Below, piece after piece: positions 9,101 to 18,371 of a stretch of 31,912 bases of DNA. The stretch is from Kangiellaceae bacterium (lineage in GTDB: Bacteria > Pseudomonadota > Gammaproteobacteria > Enterobacterales > Kangiellaceae). Below the pieces are notes generated by a model that saw only the letters and a program-made list of their open reading frames with translations, searched no databases and was not told the origin of the DNA. The first letter of the stretch is position 1; the number at the start of each line of letters is the position of its first letter. The stretch covers positions 1 through 31,912 of the forward strand of contig JASBTO010000007.1 in assembly GCA_030148365.1 (NCBI GenBank). The letters run 5' to 3'. A program made the position numbers and the translations under genes.

Positions 9101-9997
9101 ATGTTACGTATCGGATTGTTTTTATTGACCAACTTTGCCGTTATCCTGCTTGCAGGCGTGGTGCTGAGCCTGCTCGGCTTCGACAGCATCATGGCTAATA
9201 ACGGCGTGGACCTGAACCTCACAGCGCTCTTGATCTGGTGTGCTGTCATTGGCTTCGCCGGCTCCATCTTCTCGCTTTTTATCTCCAAATGGATGGCCAA
9301 ACGCTCCATGGGCGTGCGGGTTATCGATCAGCCGCGTAGCGAAGATGAGCGCTGGTTGCTCAGCACCGTCGCGGAACTGGCTCGTGATGCCGGTATCAAG
9401 ACACCGGAAGTCGGCGTTTTCCCCGCTGCCCAGTCCAATGCCTTTGCCACAGGCTGGAACCGCAACGACGCGCTGGTAGCAGTAAGTGAGGGCTTGCTTT
9501 CAAGGTTCAGCCGTGATGACGCCCGCGCGGTTCTCGGCCACGAAATCGGCCACGTCGCCAATGGCGACATGGTCACTCTGACCCTGATCCAGGGCGTACT
9601 CAATACCTTTGTACTTTTCTTTTCGCGAGTCATCGGCCACTTTGTCGATCGGGTACTGCTCAAGAACGAGCATGGCTACGGGATTGGCTATTTCGTCGTG
9701 ACCATTGTCGCGCAGATCCTGCTGGGTATTCTTGCCTCCATGATTGTCATGTGGTTCTCCCGGCGAAGAGAGTTCAGGGCCGACATTGCCGGCGCTACGC
9801 TCGCGAGTACCGGCGCCATGGTTTCCGCTTTGGAGCGCCTGAAAGCGGAGCAGAATGTTCCGGACGAAATGCCGGAAACCATGACCGCCTTTGCCATTAC
9901 CCACGGCCGTACCACCAGCCTGAAAGACCGGATCGGCCATCTGTTCGCGTCCCATCCGCCGCTGGATGTCCGGATCCGGGCGCTTCGGGAGAAATAA
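9101..9997 (+). CDS. htpX: Membrane zinc protease HtpX (M48)
   Basis: MLRIGLFLLTNFAV start, NAFATG, HEIGH zinc motif, FSRRREFRAD, FASHPPL. Confidence 0.95.
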   Translation: MLRIGLFLLTNFAVILLAGVVLSLLGFDSIMANNGVDLNLTALLIWCAVIGFAGSIFSLFISKWMAKRSMGVRVIDQPRSEDERWLLSTVAELARDAGIKTPEVGVFPAAQSNAFATGWNRNDALVAVSEGLLSRFSRDDARAVLGHEIGHVANGDMVTLTLIQGVLNTFVLFFSRVIGHFVDRVLLKNEHGYGIGYFVVTIVAQILLGILASMIVMWFSRRREFRADIAGATLASTGAMVSALERLKAEQNVPDEMPETMTAFAITHGRTTSLKDRIGHLFASHPPLDVRIRALREK

Positions 9998-10034
9998 TCA
10001 CCGGTATTGATTATAATTTTCCGGTATCAGACCA

Positions 10035-10064
10035 TGAGGCGGGCGAACCCCGCCTTATTTTTTT
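10035..10064 (+). terminator. Intrinsic terminator between htpX and dusA
   Basis: TGAGGCGGG / CCCGCCTTA stem, 5-nt loop, T7 tract. Confidence 0.75.
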
Positions 10065-10091
10065 GCTCCAGCGAAGAACTTTAACCAGACC

Positions 10092-11060
10092 ATGACCCTT
10101 GACCGCCGTATATCCGTTGCCCCCATGATGGACTGGACCGATCGCCATGATCGCTATTTCCTGCGCCTGATCTCGAAGCATGCCGTGCTCTACACTGAAA
10201 TGGTGACGACGGGTGCGGTTGTGCACGGCGATCGGGAACGATTGCTGGGCTTTCACGCCAGCGAGCACCCAGTGGCGGTCCAACTCGGCGGCAGTGATCC
10301 CGGGCAACTGGCCGAAAGCGCCCGGATTGCCGAAGATCTCGGTTACGACGAGGTCAATCTCAATGTCGGTTGTCCGAGCGATCGGGTCCAGTCCGGCCGC
10401 TTCGGCGCCTGCCTGATGGCGGAGCCGGAGTTGGTCGCGGATTGTGTTACGGCCATGAGAAAAGTAGTGGGAGTGCCGGTAACGGTGAAAACCCGCATCG
10501 GTATTGATGATCGCGACAGCTATGAAGAGTTACATGACTTTGTCCGGATCGTGCGGGACGCCGGCTGCGAGGTTTTTATCATCCACGCCCGCAAGGCCTG
10601 GCTGAAAGGACTGAGCCCGAAACAAAATCGGGAAATCCCGCCCCTCAGCTATGAAACCGTATACCGGCTGAAACAGGACTTCCCGGAGTTGGAGATCCAC
10701 CTGAACGGTGGCGTCAAGTCACTGGATGAAGCCGAGCGGCATCTTCAGCATGTCGATGGGGTCATGATTGGCCGGGAGGCTTACCACAATCCCTTCGTGA
10801 TGGCCGAGGTCGATCAGCGCTTTTACGGCAGCCCGGCGGAGCCGTTGACCCGCCACCAGATCATTGAGCGGCTGACGCCTTATATCGAGGCGCACCTGGC
10901 CACCGGCGCCCCCTTGAGCCATATCAGCCGCCATATTCTCGGGCTTTTTCACGGACAGCCCCATGGCAAGCAGTGGCGTCGCTATATCAGCGAAAATGCC
11001 CACAAAAAAGGTGCGGGACTGGAAGTGGTGGCCCGGGCCCTGCAATTTGTCGGTGGATAG
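10092..11060 (+). CDS. dusA: tRNA dihydrouridine(20/20a) synthase DusA
   Basis: [61 protein letters not shown]. Confidence 0.95.
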   Translation: MTLDRRISVAPMMDWTDRHDRYFLRLISKHAVLYTEMVTTGAVVHGDRERLLGFHASEHPVAVQLGGSDPGQLAESARIAEDLGYDEVNLNVGCPSDRVQSGRFGACLMAEPELVADCVTAMRKVVGVPVTVKTRIGIDDRDSYEELHDFVRIVRDAGCEVFIIHARKAWLKGLSPKQNREIPPLSYETVYRLKQDFPELEIHLNGGVKSLDEAERHLQHVDGVMIGREAYHNPFVMAEVDQRFYGSPAEPLTRHQIIERLTPYIEAHLATGAPLSHISRHILGLFHGQPHGKQWRRYISENAHKKGAGLEVVARALQFVGG

Positions 11061-11981
11061 ATGGGACACAGACGCCGGATCACGTTTTTCGCGTTACTGC
11101 TCCTGCTGTTGTCAGCCGGGTTTTGGCTGTTGTCGGAGCCCGGGCCGGAAGATCAGGTCGGGGCCAAAAGGGTCGGAATGGAGCGGGTCACGACGGCATC
11201 GGATACAGTTGAGCAGGGCAAAGGCACGAAGCCGGACTCCCTGGTACCGGAGCCGCGGGATCAGCAGGCCGATTGCCTGACCTTGACTGATATCGAGAAG
11301 GCGTGGGACCAGGGCCTGGGGCACGGGGTACAAAACTGGCGATACGAGGCCGGCTTCCCGGCACTTTATTCCGGGCCGGATGAGTGGATGGTCAAGCGGG
11401 AAGACGAGTACCTGTTTTACTCTGTCGACAGTCTCGAGGCCATGGCCGAAACCGGCGACGAGCGGGCCATGCTAGTGCTCGGCGCGCACTTGATCTGGCA
11501 GGCCTTTTTCGAGGGTGACAAGAACCCAAATCTTTTATCAGTGCCGGATGTGCAGGCTCCCCGGCGTCAGCAGTTTGATCTCGACACATTGGCCCGGGGC
11601 CGGGAGTTGCTGGGCAAAGCCCTGGCTCGCGGCAAGCTGTTTGCCGCGTCCTGGCTGTCCACCAGTTATTTCTGGGAAGCCAGCACGTACAAATCCCACC
11701 CGCAGCGCTTTTCCGCCGCGAGGCGAAGCCTGGTCGAGATGGGGTTGGATGAGATGGCCTACAACAATCTACTGGCTGAACTCGATCCGCTGGGCACGTA
11801 TCTCACGGTACGCCCCGACCCTGAAAGCGGGATTTCGGAGGCACGCCTCGATGGCCGGGTCCGGGCCCTGAAGGCCGCGTGGCAAGCAGACAGGCGCGCC
11901 ATCGGTCTGGAACTGGAGCTGGAGATCCCCCAATCGGTGCAGCGTTTCAGGGCTTTGCTGGAGCGCCGCTGCCCCGGCTGA
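11061..11981 (+). CDS. Hypothetical membrane-anchored, mainly helical protein (possible Sel1-like hairpins)
   Basis: 306-aa ORF starting directly after the dusA stop (TAG ATG). N-terminal hydrophobic anchor; AETGDERAMLVLG and GRELLGKALARG resemble Sel1/TPR elements. No family recognised. Confidence 0.7.
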   Translation: MGHRRRITFFALLLLLLSAGFWLLSEPGPEDQVGAKRVGMERVTTASDTVEQGKGTKPDSLVPEPRDQQADCLTLTDIEKAWDQGLGHGVQNWRYEAGFPALYSGPDEWMVKREDEYLFYSVDSLEAMAETGDERAMLVLGAHLIWQAFFEGDKNPNLLSVPDVQAPRRQQFDLDTLARGRELLGKALARGKLFAASWLSTSYFWEASTYKSHPQRFSAARRSLVEMGLDEMAYNNLLAELDPLGTYLTVRPDPESGISEARLDGRVRALKAAWQADRRAIGLELELEIPQSVQRFRALLERRCPG

Positions 11982-11982
11982 G

Positions 11983-12016
11983 CAAATCGACCAACATTTG
12001 GTCGAAATCCCACCAA
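11983..12016 (+). promoter_or_regulatory. Putative PspF-type enhancer (UAS) sites
   Basis: Palindrome TTGGT-CGAAATCCC-ACCAA (11998-12016) preceded by a similar half-site (AAATCGACCAA), about 65-95 bp upstream of the sigma54 -24 element. Confidence 0.5.
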
Positions 12017-12078
12017 ATCTTGTTCCCGGGAGTTTCAGGCTGACGCTAACTGCCTGAATGCACAATAAATAATCAGTT

Positions 12079-12094
12079 TGGCACGATTTCTGTA
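12079..12094 (+). promoter_or_regulatory. sigma54 (-24/-12) promoter of pspA
   Basis: TGGCACGATTTCTGTA followed by TTAA. It has the -24 GG and the variant -12 GT seen in the E. coli pspA promoter (TGGCACGCAAATTGTATTAA). Confidence 0.8.
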
Positions 12095-12162
12095 TTAATC
12101 AGGGTAACCCTCGGTCTTTTGAGGCCGAAACTTCGAAAACCTGAACAGAGAGAGATATTGCC

Positions 12163-12828
12163 ATGGGTGTATTTTCACGGTTTACCGACATTGTTAACGC
12201 CAACCTCAACTCGCTGCTCGACAAGGCCGAGAACCCGGAAAAGATGGTCAACTTGATTATCGGCGAAATGGAGCAGACCCTGGTGGAGGTCAGATCCACC
12301 GCCGCCCAGGCCATCGCCGACAAGAAAGAACTGGTGCGCAAGAATGGCCAGCTCAAGAAACAGATCGCCGGCTGGGACGAGCGCGCCGAAATTGCCATGA
12401 GCCGGGATCGGGAAGATTTGGCGAGAGCCGCGATTGTTGAGAAGAACAAACTCGAAGAAGTCTTCGCGGCCCAGAATCAGGAATTGGTGGAAGTCGAATC
12501 TGCCATGGCGCGTCTGGAACAGGATACCCAGAGTCTGCAAGCCAAACTGGCGGAAGCAAAGGCCCGGCGTGAAGGCATTCTGCTGCGCCGCACCAGTGCC
12601 CAGAAATCTCTGGAAGTCCGCAAGTCCGTGGATATCCGAAAATTCGACAAGGCGTTCAACAAATTCGAGGTGTTCGAAAAGCGCATGGAACAACTCGAAG
12701 CCCAGGTCGAGTCCTATGATGTGGGTTCCGGCACCGCCTTGACCGATCAGATTGAATCGCTGGTCGCCGACGAGAAAATCGAGCAGGAACTGGCCAAGCT
12801 GAAAAACAAAGTAAAAAAGGTCGCCTGA
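12163..12828 (+). CDS. pspA: Phage shock protein A (PspA/IM30 family)
   Basis: MGVFSRFTDIVNANLNSLLDKAENPEKMVNLIIGEME amphipathic N-terminus, 221-aa coiled coil, FEKRMEQLEAQVESY. Confidence 0.93.
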   Translation: MGVFSRFTDIVNANLNSLLDKAENPEKMVNLIIGEMEQTLVEVRSTAAQAIADKKELVRKNGQLKKQIAGWDERAEIAMSRDREDLARAAIVEKNKLEEVFAAQNQELVEVESAMARLEQDTQSLQAKLAEAKARREGILLRRTSAQKSLEVRKSVDIRKFDKAFNKFEVFEKRMEQLEAQVESYDVGSGTALTDQIESLVADEKIEQELAKLKNKVKKVA

Positions 12829-12848
12829 TCCGGCGTGTCCTAACCAAC

Positions 12849-12874
12849 AGCCGGCATTACTGCCGGCTTTTTTA
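12849..12874 (+). terminator. Intrinsic terminator directly after pspA
   Basis: AGCCGGCA-TTAC-TGCCGGCT followed by a T tract. Confidence 0.85.
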
Positions 12875-12992
12875 TGCCCTTGAAAATAAAGAAAATAATA
12901 AGCCTGTGGAGAAAGTTTCCCGTTAGACCTGAGCGCCAAGATTATGATAGCTTTGCTGGCATAAGTTCCTGAAAGCCCTCCGCGGAGACTCC

Positions 12993-14036
12993 ATGACACT
13001 GCTCAAGCGTGTAATCCTGTTTTTGGTGATATTGATTGTCCTGCTGGTGGCGGTCAGTTTTTTCCTGCCCGCCCAGACTCATGTCGAGAGGTCGATTGTC
13101 GTGGATGCGGATCAGGAGCGCGTGTTTGACACGGTGAACAATATCCGCACCTTCAACGAATGGTCCCCCTGGGCGGATCTTGACCCGGAGACCAGGTTTT
13201 CCTACAGCGGACCGGACTCGGGGGTTGGTGCAAAAATGGCGTGGCAGTCCGACAAGCAGGAAGTCGGCTCCGGCAGTATGGAGATCACCGATACAGAACC
13301 TCACCGGCGCGTGGACATGGAACTCGATTTCGGGTCACAGGGCACGGCCGAGTCCTTCCTGTTTCTGGAGCGGGTTGACGGCGGCACCCGGGTCACCTGG
13401 GGCTTTGATACTGAACATGGCTATGATCCGCTGGCCCGTTATTTCGGTTTGATGATGGACAGGTTCATCGGACCGCCTTATGAACAGGGGCTCGCTGATT
13501 TGAAGCAACTCGTGGAATCCGCACCGGAGCCTGAAGCCGACGAACCCGGGGAAGACCGCAACATCCCTGACATCGAGGTGATGGAAGTCGAACCCATGCA
13601 GATTCTCTTTGCAACCGGTAGCAGCAGCCAGGAACCGGAGACCATCGGTCCTGCGCTCGCAGAGGCCTATGGCAAGGTTATGACGGTAATTGCTGAGCAG
13701 GGCCTGGAGCAGCAAGGCGCTCCGCTGTCCATCGCAACTCGCTGGGAGGACAATGTCTACGAGTTCAAGGCGGCCATTCCGATCCGGGCGATGGAAGAGA
13801 TCAGCGTCGCCAGTGACAGCGAGGTGCAAATGGGCACCACCTATACCGGCAGGGTTGTGCGGGCAGTGCATACAGGTTCCTATGAGCAGTTGACCGACAC
13901 TTACGAAGCGATAGAAGAGTTTATCGAGGCCCGCAATCTGTCAGTAAACGGACATTCCTGGGAGCACTATGTTTCGGACCCCGGCAACACCGCCGAAGCC
14001 GATCGGGTGACTCATATCTACTATCCCGTAAAGTAG
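12993..14036 (+). CDS. Membrane-anchored SRPBCC (START-like) plus GyrI-like ligand-binding domain protein
   Basis: N-terminal TM helix, VERSIVV…NEWSPW…GVGAKMAWQS…TRVTWGF (SRPBCC), acidic linker, then VRAVHTGSYEQL…WEHYVSDPG…THIYYPV (GyrI-like). Confidence 0.85.
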   Translation: MTLLKRVILFLVILIVLLVAVSFFLPAQTHVERSIVVDADQERVFDTVNNIRTFNEWSPWADLDPETRFSYSGPDSGVGAKMAWQSDKQEVGSGSMEITDTEPHRRVDMELDFGSQGTAESFLFLERVDGGTRVTWGFDTEHGYDPLARYFGLMMDRFIGPPYEQGLADLKQLVESAPEPEADEPGEDRNIPDIEVMEVEPMQILFATGSSSQEPETIGPALAEAYGKVMTVIAEQGLEQQGAPLSIATRWEDNVYEFKAAIPIRAMEEISVASDSEVQMGTTYTGRVVRAVHTGSYEQLTDTYEAIEEFIEARNLSVNGHSWEHYVSDPGNTAEADRVTHIYYPVK

Positions 14037-14099
14037 CTTGCCGTAAGCGGTGGGCTCCGCTTGTGGTGCCTCGTTGCTTGTGGTGGCTGCTCTTCGGTC

Positions 14100-14127
14100 A
14101 TGACACCGATAACCGAGGCATTATAAT
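14100..14127 (+). promoter_or_regulatory. sigma70 promoter of the M16 protease gene
   Basis: ATGACA, 16 bp, TATAAT (14122-14127). Confidence 0.5.
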
Positions 14128-14170
14128 AAGCCACAGTCCCGTCCGGTACGCCCCACAAAGGAGAAAGCCC

Positions 14171-17041
14171 TTGTTCCGATCCCTACTCATCGCCGTAACC
14201 CTGGTCACCCTGGTCGGCTGCAATACCGCCCCGCCCGAGCCGACTCCTGCGGCGCTTCCCGACGGCATCACGCTCATCGAGTCAGTTAACAAGCAGGACG
14301 GAGAACTCAGGATACCCTTCCGGAAGTACCGGCTGGATAACGGGTTGACGGTCATTCTGCACGAAGACCATTCCGATCCCCTGGTCCACGTGGATGTTAC
14401 CTACCATGTCGGCTCTGCGCGGGAGGAGGCCGGTAAATCCGGTTTTGCCCATTTTTTTGAGCACATGATGTTTCAGGGCTCGGAGCACGTCGATGATGAA
14501 GAACATTTCCGGATAATTTCTGAAGCCGGCGGCACCCTGAACGGAACCACCAACACCGATCGCACCAACTATTACCAGACCGTGCCGGCGAACCAGTTGG
14601 AGACCGTGCTCTGGCTGGAAGCTGACCGGATGGGCTTTCTGCTCAACGCGGTAACCAAGGAAAAATTCGAGGTGCAACGGGAAACGGTCAAAAACGAGCG
14701 AGGCCAGAATTACGACAACCGACCTTACGGGCTGGTGGGGGAAACCGTGGCAGCTGCCATGTACCCGCCGGGCCATCCCTATTCGTGGCCTACGATTGGT
14801 TTTGTGGCGGATCTGGACCGGGTCGGAGTCACCGATCTCAAGCAGTTTTTCCTGCGCTGGTATGGCCCCAACAATGCGACTCTGACGATTGGCGGTGATG
14901 TCGACGTCGCCCGTACCCTCAAGTTGGTAAATCGCTATTTCGGATCCATTCCGGCGGGCCCCGAGGTGGTTGATGCGGACAAGGCTCCCGCAACGCTGCC
15001 GGGCGATCGCTATGTGTCCATCGAGGACAATGTCCACCTGCCGCTGCTCTACATGGCCTACCCGACCGTCTATGCCCGCCATGCAGACGAGGCGCCCCTT
15101 GATGTGCTCGCGGAGATCCTTGGCGGCCAGGGTAAGACCTCATTATTTTACAAGAACCTGATCAAGAGCGGCGTGGCGGTCCAGGCGGTGGTCAGCCACC
15201 CGTGCCGGGAACTTGCCTGCAGCCTGAATTTGCTGGTATTGCCGAATCCGCGAATTGGCGGGCAACTCGAAAAAATGGAGCAGATAGTCCGGGATACCCT
15301 CAAGGAATTCGAACAACGGGGCGTCGAGGAAGATGATCTGACCATGGTCAAGGCCAAGTTCGAGTCGGGCACCATCTATGGACTGCAAAGTGTTGCCGGA
15401 AAAGTGAGCCAGTTGGCGGCCGGCGAGACCTTTACCGGTAACCCGGACACAATCGGCGTCGACCTGGAGCGCTATCGCGCCGTCACGGCAGAGGATGTCA
15501 TGCGGGTCTATCGCAAGTATGTAAAAGATCAGAGCGCGGTCGTACTGAGTGTCGTGCCCCATGGCCAGCTGGAGCTTGTTGCCCGGAGCGACAATTTCCG
15601 CGTCCCGCCACGGACTGTGTCCGTCGATGACGACACTGGCGCTGAGCTGTTGCCGGTGCGGGAGCCTGTCGATGACTTTGACCGCAGCCAAAAACCCGAG
15701 CCGGGCGCCAATCCGTTGGTAACGGTACCGGATATGTGGCGAGCAGAGCTTGCCAACGGTATCGAAATACTCGGTGCGGTGAATGATGAAACGCCGACCG
15801 TCGCTGTCAGCATTGAAATCGCGACCGGGCATATCAAGGATCCGGTTGAAAAGTCCGGCCTGGCAGCGCTTACGGCCGCCATGCTCAACGAGTCAACGCA
15901 AAATTACAGCAATGAAGCCTACAGCAAGGAACTCCAGAAACTGGGCAGCTCGGTCAGCATGAGCGCCGGCGACTACTACACGAGTCTTTCGATCAACTCC
16001 CTGAGCAAAAATCTCGACCGCACTCTTGAGTTGGCCGTCGAGAAATTACTGCGTCCGGCATTCAGTAAAGCGGACTTCCAGCGGGTCAAGGCCCAGACCA
16101 TCCAGGGCGTGCAGGCACAGAAAAAACAGGCCTCGGTGCTTGCCAACAACGTCTACCGGAAGCTGCTGTTCGGCGCCAACAACGCAATTGGCTTGCCGGG
16201 CGGCGGCACCGTGGATTCGCTGGAAAAGATTACTCTGGATGACGTCAAAAGATTTTATCAGCAAGAATATTCTCCCCGGATTACCAGCATCGTGACTGTC
16301 GGCAATCTGGCCCCGCAGACCATGCAAGACAAGCTGTCGGTTTTCGGTCACTGGCAAGGCCCGGATGTGGCCGCGCCCCAACTAGCGGAATTTCCCGAGT
16401 TCGACAGGCCGCGTCTCTATTTCATCGACAAGCCGGGTGCCGCCCAGTCAGAGATCCGTATCGGCAAGCGCAGTCTGCCTTTTGATGCAACCGGCGAGTA
16501 TTACCGGGCCGGTCTGATGAACTTCAATCTGGGTGGCGCCTTCAACAGCCGGATCAATATCAACCTGCGGGAAGACAAGGGCTATACTTACGGTGCCTTC
16601 TCCTCGTTTCGCGGCGCGAAGGATTTTGGCCGCTTTACCGCCGGCGCCGGTGTCCGCGCCGATGTCACGGCCGATGCGATCAGTGAATTTCTGTCGGAAA
16701 TCAACAGTTTCCGGGAGCAGGGCCTGACCGAAGCGGAATTGGAGTTTCTCAAGAAAGCGGTCGGCCAGCGGGATGCGAGAAAATATGAAACCCCTCGCCA
16801 GAAGCTGGGCTTCCTGCTGGATTTGCTGGCTTACGATTTGCACCCGGATTATGTTGCTGAGCAGGGCGCGATTCTGGAGTCGATCGATCGGGAGGAGTTG
16901 AACGCACTGGCGCAGAAGCACCTGGACCCAAAGGATATGATTATTGTTGTGGTCGGTGATCGGAAAACCGTGTTACCGGAACTTCAGGTTCTCGACTACG
17001 AAATTGTTGAACTGGACGAGGAGGGTAATCGTTTACCCTGA
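14171..17041 (+). CDS. M16 (pitrilysin/PqqL-like) zinc protease, lipoprotein
   Basis: Inverted zinc motif HFFEH, NGTTNTDRTNYY, four M16 domains, SRININLREDKGYTYG. TTG 14171 follows GGAG and gives the lipobox LVGC. Confidence 0.9.
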   Translation: MFRSLLIAVTLVTLVGCNTAPPEPTPAALPDGITLIESVNKQDGELRIPFRKYRLDNGLTVILHEDHSDPLVHVDVTYHVGSAREEAGKSGFAHFFEHMMFQGSEHVDDEEHFRIISEAGGTLNGTTNTDRTNYYQTVPANQLETVLWLEADRMGFLLNAVTKEKFEVQRETVKNERGQNYDNRPYGLVGETVAAAMYPPGHPYSWPTIGFVADLDRVGVTDLKQFFLRWYGPNNATLTIGGDVDVARTLKLVNRYFGSIPAGPEVVDADKAPATLPGDRYVSIEDNVHLPLLYMAYPTVYARHADEAPLDVLAEILGGQGKTSLFYKNLIKSGVAVQAVVSHPCRELACSLNLLVLPNPRIGGQLEKMEQIVRDTLKEFEQRGVEEDDLTMVKAKFESGTIYGLQSVAGKVSQLAAGETFTGNPDTIGVDLERYRAVTAEDVMRVYRKYVKDQSAVVLSVVPHGQLELVARSDNFRVPPRTVSVDDDTGAELLPVREPVDDFDRSQKPEPGANPLVTVPDMWRAELANGIEILGAVNDETPTVAVSIEIATGHIKDPVEKSGLAALTAAMLNESTQNYSNEAYSKELQKLGSSVSMSAGDYYTSLSINSLSKNLDRTLELAVEKLLRPAFSKADFQRVKAQTIQGVQAQKKQASVLANNVYRKLLFGANNAIGLPGGGTVDSLEKITLDDVKRFYQQEYSPRITSIVTVGNLAPQTMQDKLSVFGHWQGPDVAAPQLAEFPEFDRPRLYFIDKPGAAQSEIRIGKRSLPFDATGEYYRAGLMNFNLGGAFNSRININLREDKGYTYGAFSSFRGAKDFGRFTAGAGVRADVTADAISEFLSEINSFREQGLTEAELEFLKKAVGQRDARKYETPRQKLGFLLDLLAYDLHPDYVAEQGAILESIDREELNALAQKHLDPKDMIIVVVGDRKTVLPELQVLDYEIVELDEEGNRLP

Positions 17042-17130
17042 TCAGCTAACAGTCCAGTGACGGTAGGGCGGCATCCAACTGCGTGATTCTGGGGTCGCAA
17101 ATTATTTTCAAGGACAAGGAGATTGCGGGT

Positions 17131-17682
17131 ATGAGCAACAAGTTGCAAGGCAAGCGTATCGCGTTTTTGGCCACGGACGGATTTGAACAGGTCGAGTTAA
17201 CCCGGCCCTGGCAGGAACTGGGTGACGCCGGTGCCGAAGTCGAGTTGATTTCACTGGAAAAGGGCAGTATCCAGGGCCTCAACCACATGGACAAGGGTGA
17301 CACCTTTGAGGTCGACAAGGTCGTGTCTGAAGCCAGCGCCGATGACTATCATGGGTTGGTGCTGCCCGGTGGCGTGGCCAACCCGGATGCATTGCGTGTG
17401 GATGACAAGGCCGTCAGTTTCATCAAGGCTTTTTTCGAACAGAAAAAACCGGTGGCCGCCATTTGTCACGGCCCCTGGACCCTGGTGGAGGCGGATGTGG
17501 TCAAGGGCCGCACCCTGACATCCTGGCCGAGTCTGCAGACGGACATCCGCAATGCGGGCGGGACCTGGGTCGACAGGGAAGTTCAGGTGGACCAGGGACT
17601 GGTGACCAGTCGTAACCCGGATGATCTGGATGCCTTCTGTCGCAAGGCAATTGAAGAGCTTGCTGAAGGCCGGCATGACTAG
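17131..17682 (+). CDS. PfpI/YhbO (DJ-1) family type 1 glutamine-amidotransferase-like protein
   Basis: DGFEQVEL, LVLPGG, nucleophile motif AICHGP, LVTSRNPDDL. ATG 17131 follows AAGGAG. Confidence 0.9.
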   Translation: MSNKLQGKRIAFLATDGFEQVELTRPWQELGDAGAEVELISLEKGSIQGLNHMDKGDTFEVDKVVSEASADDYHGLVLPGGVANPDALRVDDKAVSFIKAFFEQKKPVAAICHGPWTLVEADVVKGRTLTSWPSLQTDIRNAGGTWVDREVQVDQGLVTSRNPDDLDAFCRKAIEELAEGRHD

Positions 17683-17717
17683 CCGGATGCCCATGGCACC
17701 ATCGACCGGGATCCGGC

Positions 17718-18371
17718 TCAGGCAGTATTGACCACTTGCCAGTTGTTCGCGGTAGCCAACCGGACCATGCGCCGATCCGGGTTCACTGCAACCGGGGTGG
17801 CAACGGCGCCGAGCAAATGCCCGTCCTGATGGGAGTCCCCGTAGGCGGTGCAATCGGCAAGGCTGATATTGCGGGCCCGGCACCAGTCTTCGGCGAGGTC
17901 GAGCTTGGCTTTGCCCAGGGGGTGAACGATCGGTGGCCCGGCGGTAAAGGAATCGTTTTGGATTCGGCAACGAGTAGCAATGCAGTCATCCATCCCCAGC
18001 CGTTTGGCTATTGGCTCGGCAATAAATTCAGGCGCTCCCGTCAACAGGACCAGCTGGTAGCCGGCCTGTCTGCAGATCTCGACCTGCTCCAGAATTTCCC
18101 GATCCCACATGCTGTCGAGGTTATTACGGAGCCAGTAGCTGGCTACTGCATCGATCGCCTCTGGTTCCAGCCCGCTCAGGTAGGCCTTGTTTTTGCGACC
18201 GGTATCGAGGCCAAAGCGCCAGAACCACAAGAAGAAAAAGGAAATCGCAGCAAGGAATTGTCTGGGTCCTAACAGGTCAAGCAGCCACAAGGCCCTGAAA
18301 AACCGTCGTTCGCAACTCGGTTTGTTAATCAGGGTCCCGTCAAGGTCGAAAAATGCAGCGCGTGGTTTCAT
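17718..18371 (-). CDS. HAD-IB family hydrolase (SerB-like phosphatase)
   Basis: Motif I FFDLDGTL, motif II LLTGA, motif III K (GKAK), motif IV YGDSHQD, VAVNPD. The start overlaps the upstream stop (ATGA). Confidence 0.88.
   Translation of the reverse strand: MKPRAAFFDLDGTLINKPSCERRFFRALWLLDLLGPRQFLAAISFFFLWFWRFGLDTGRKNKAYLSGLEPEAIDAVASYWLRNNLDSMWDREILEQVEICRQAGYQLVLLTGAPEFIAEPIAKRLGMDDCIATRCRIQNDSFTAGPPIVHPLGKAKLDLAEDWCRARNISLADCTAYGDSHQDGHLLGAVATPVAVNPDRRMVRLATANNWQVVNTA

Noticed and set aside
10092-11060. dusA as a genomic-island integration site
   Set aside because: dusA is a known target of some integrases, but it is intact here with no integrase or att duplication nearby.
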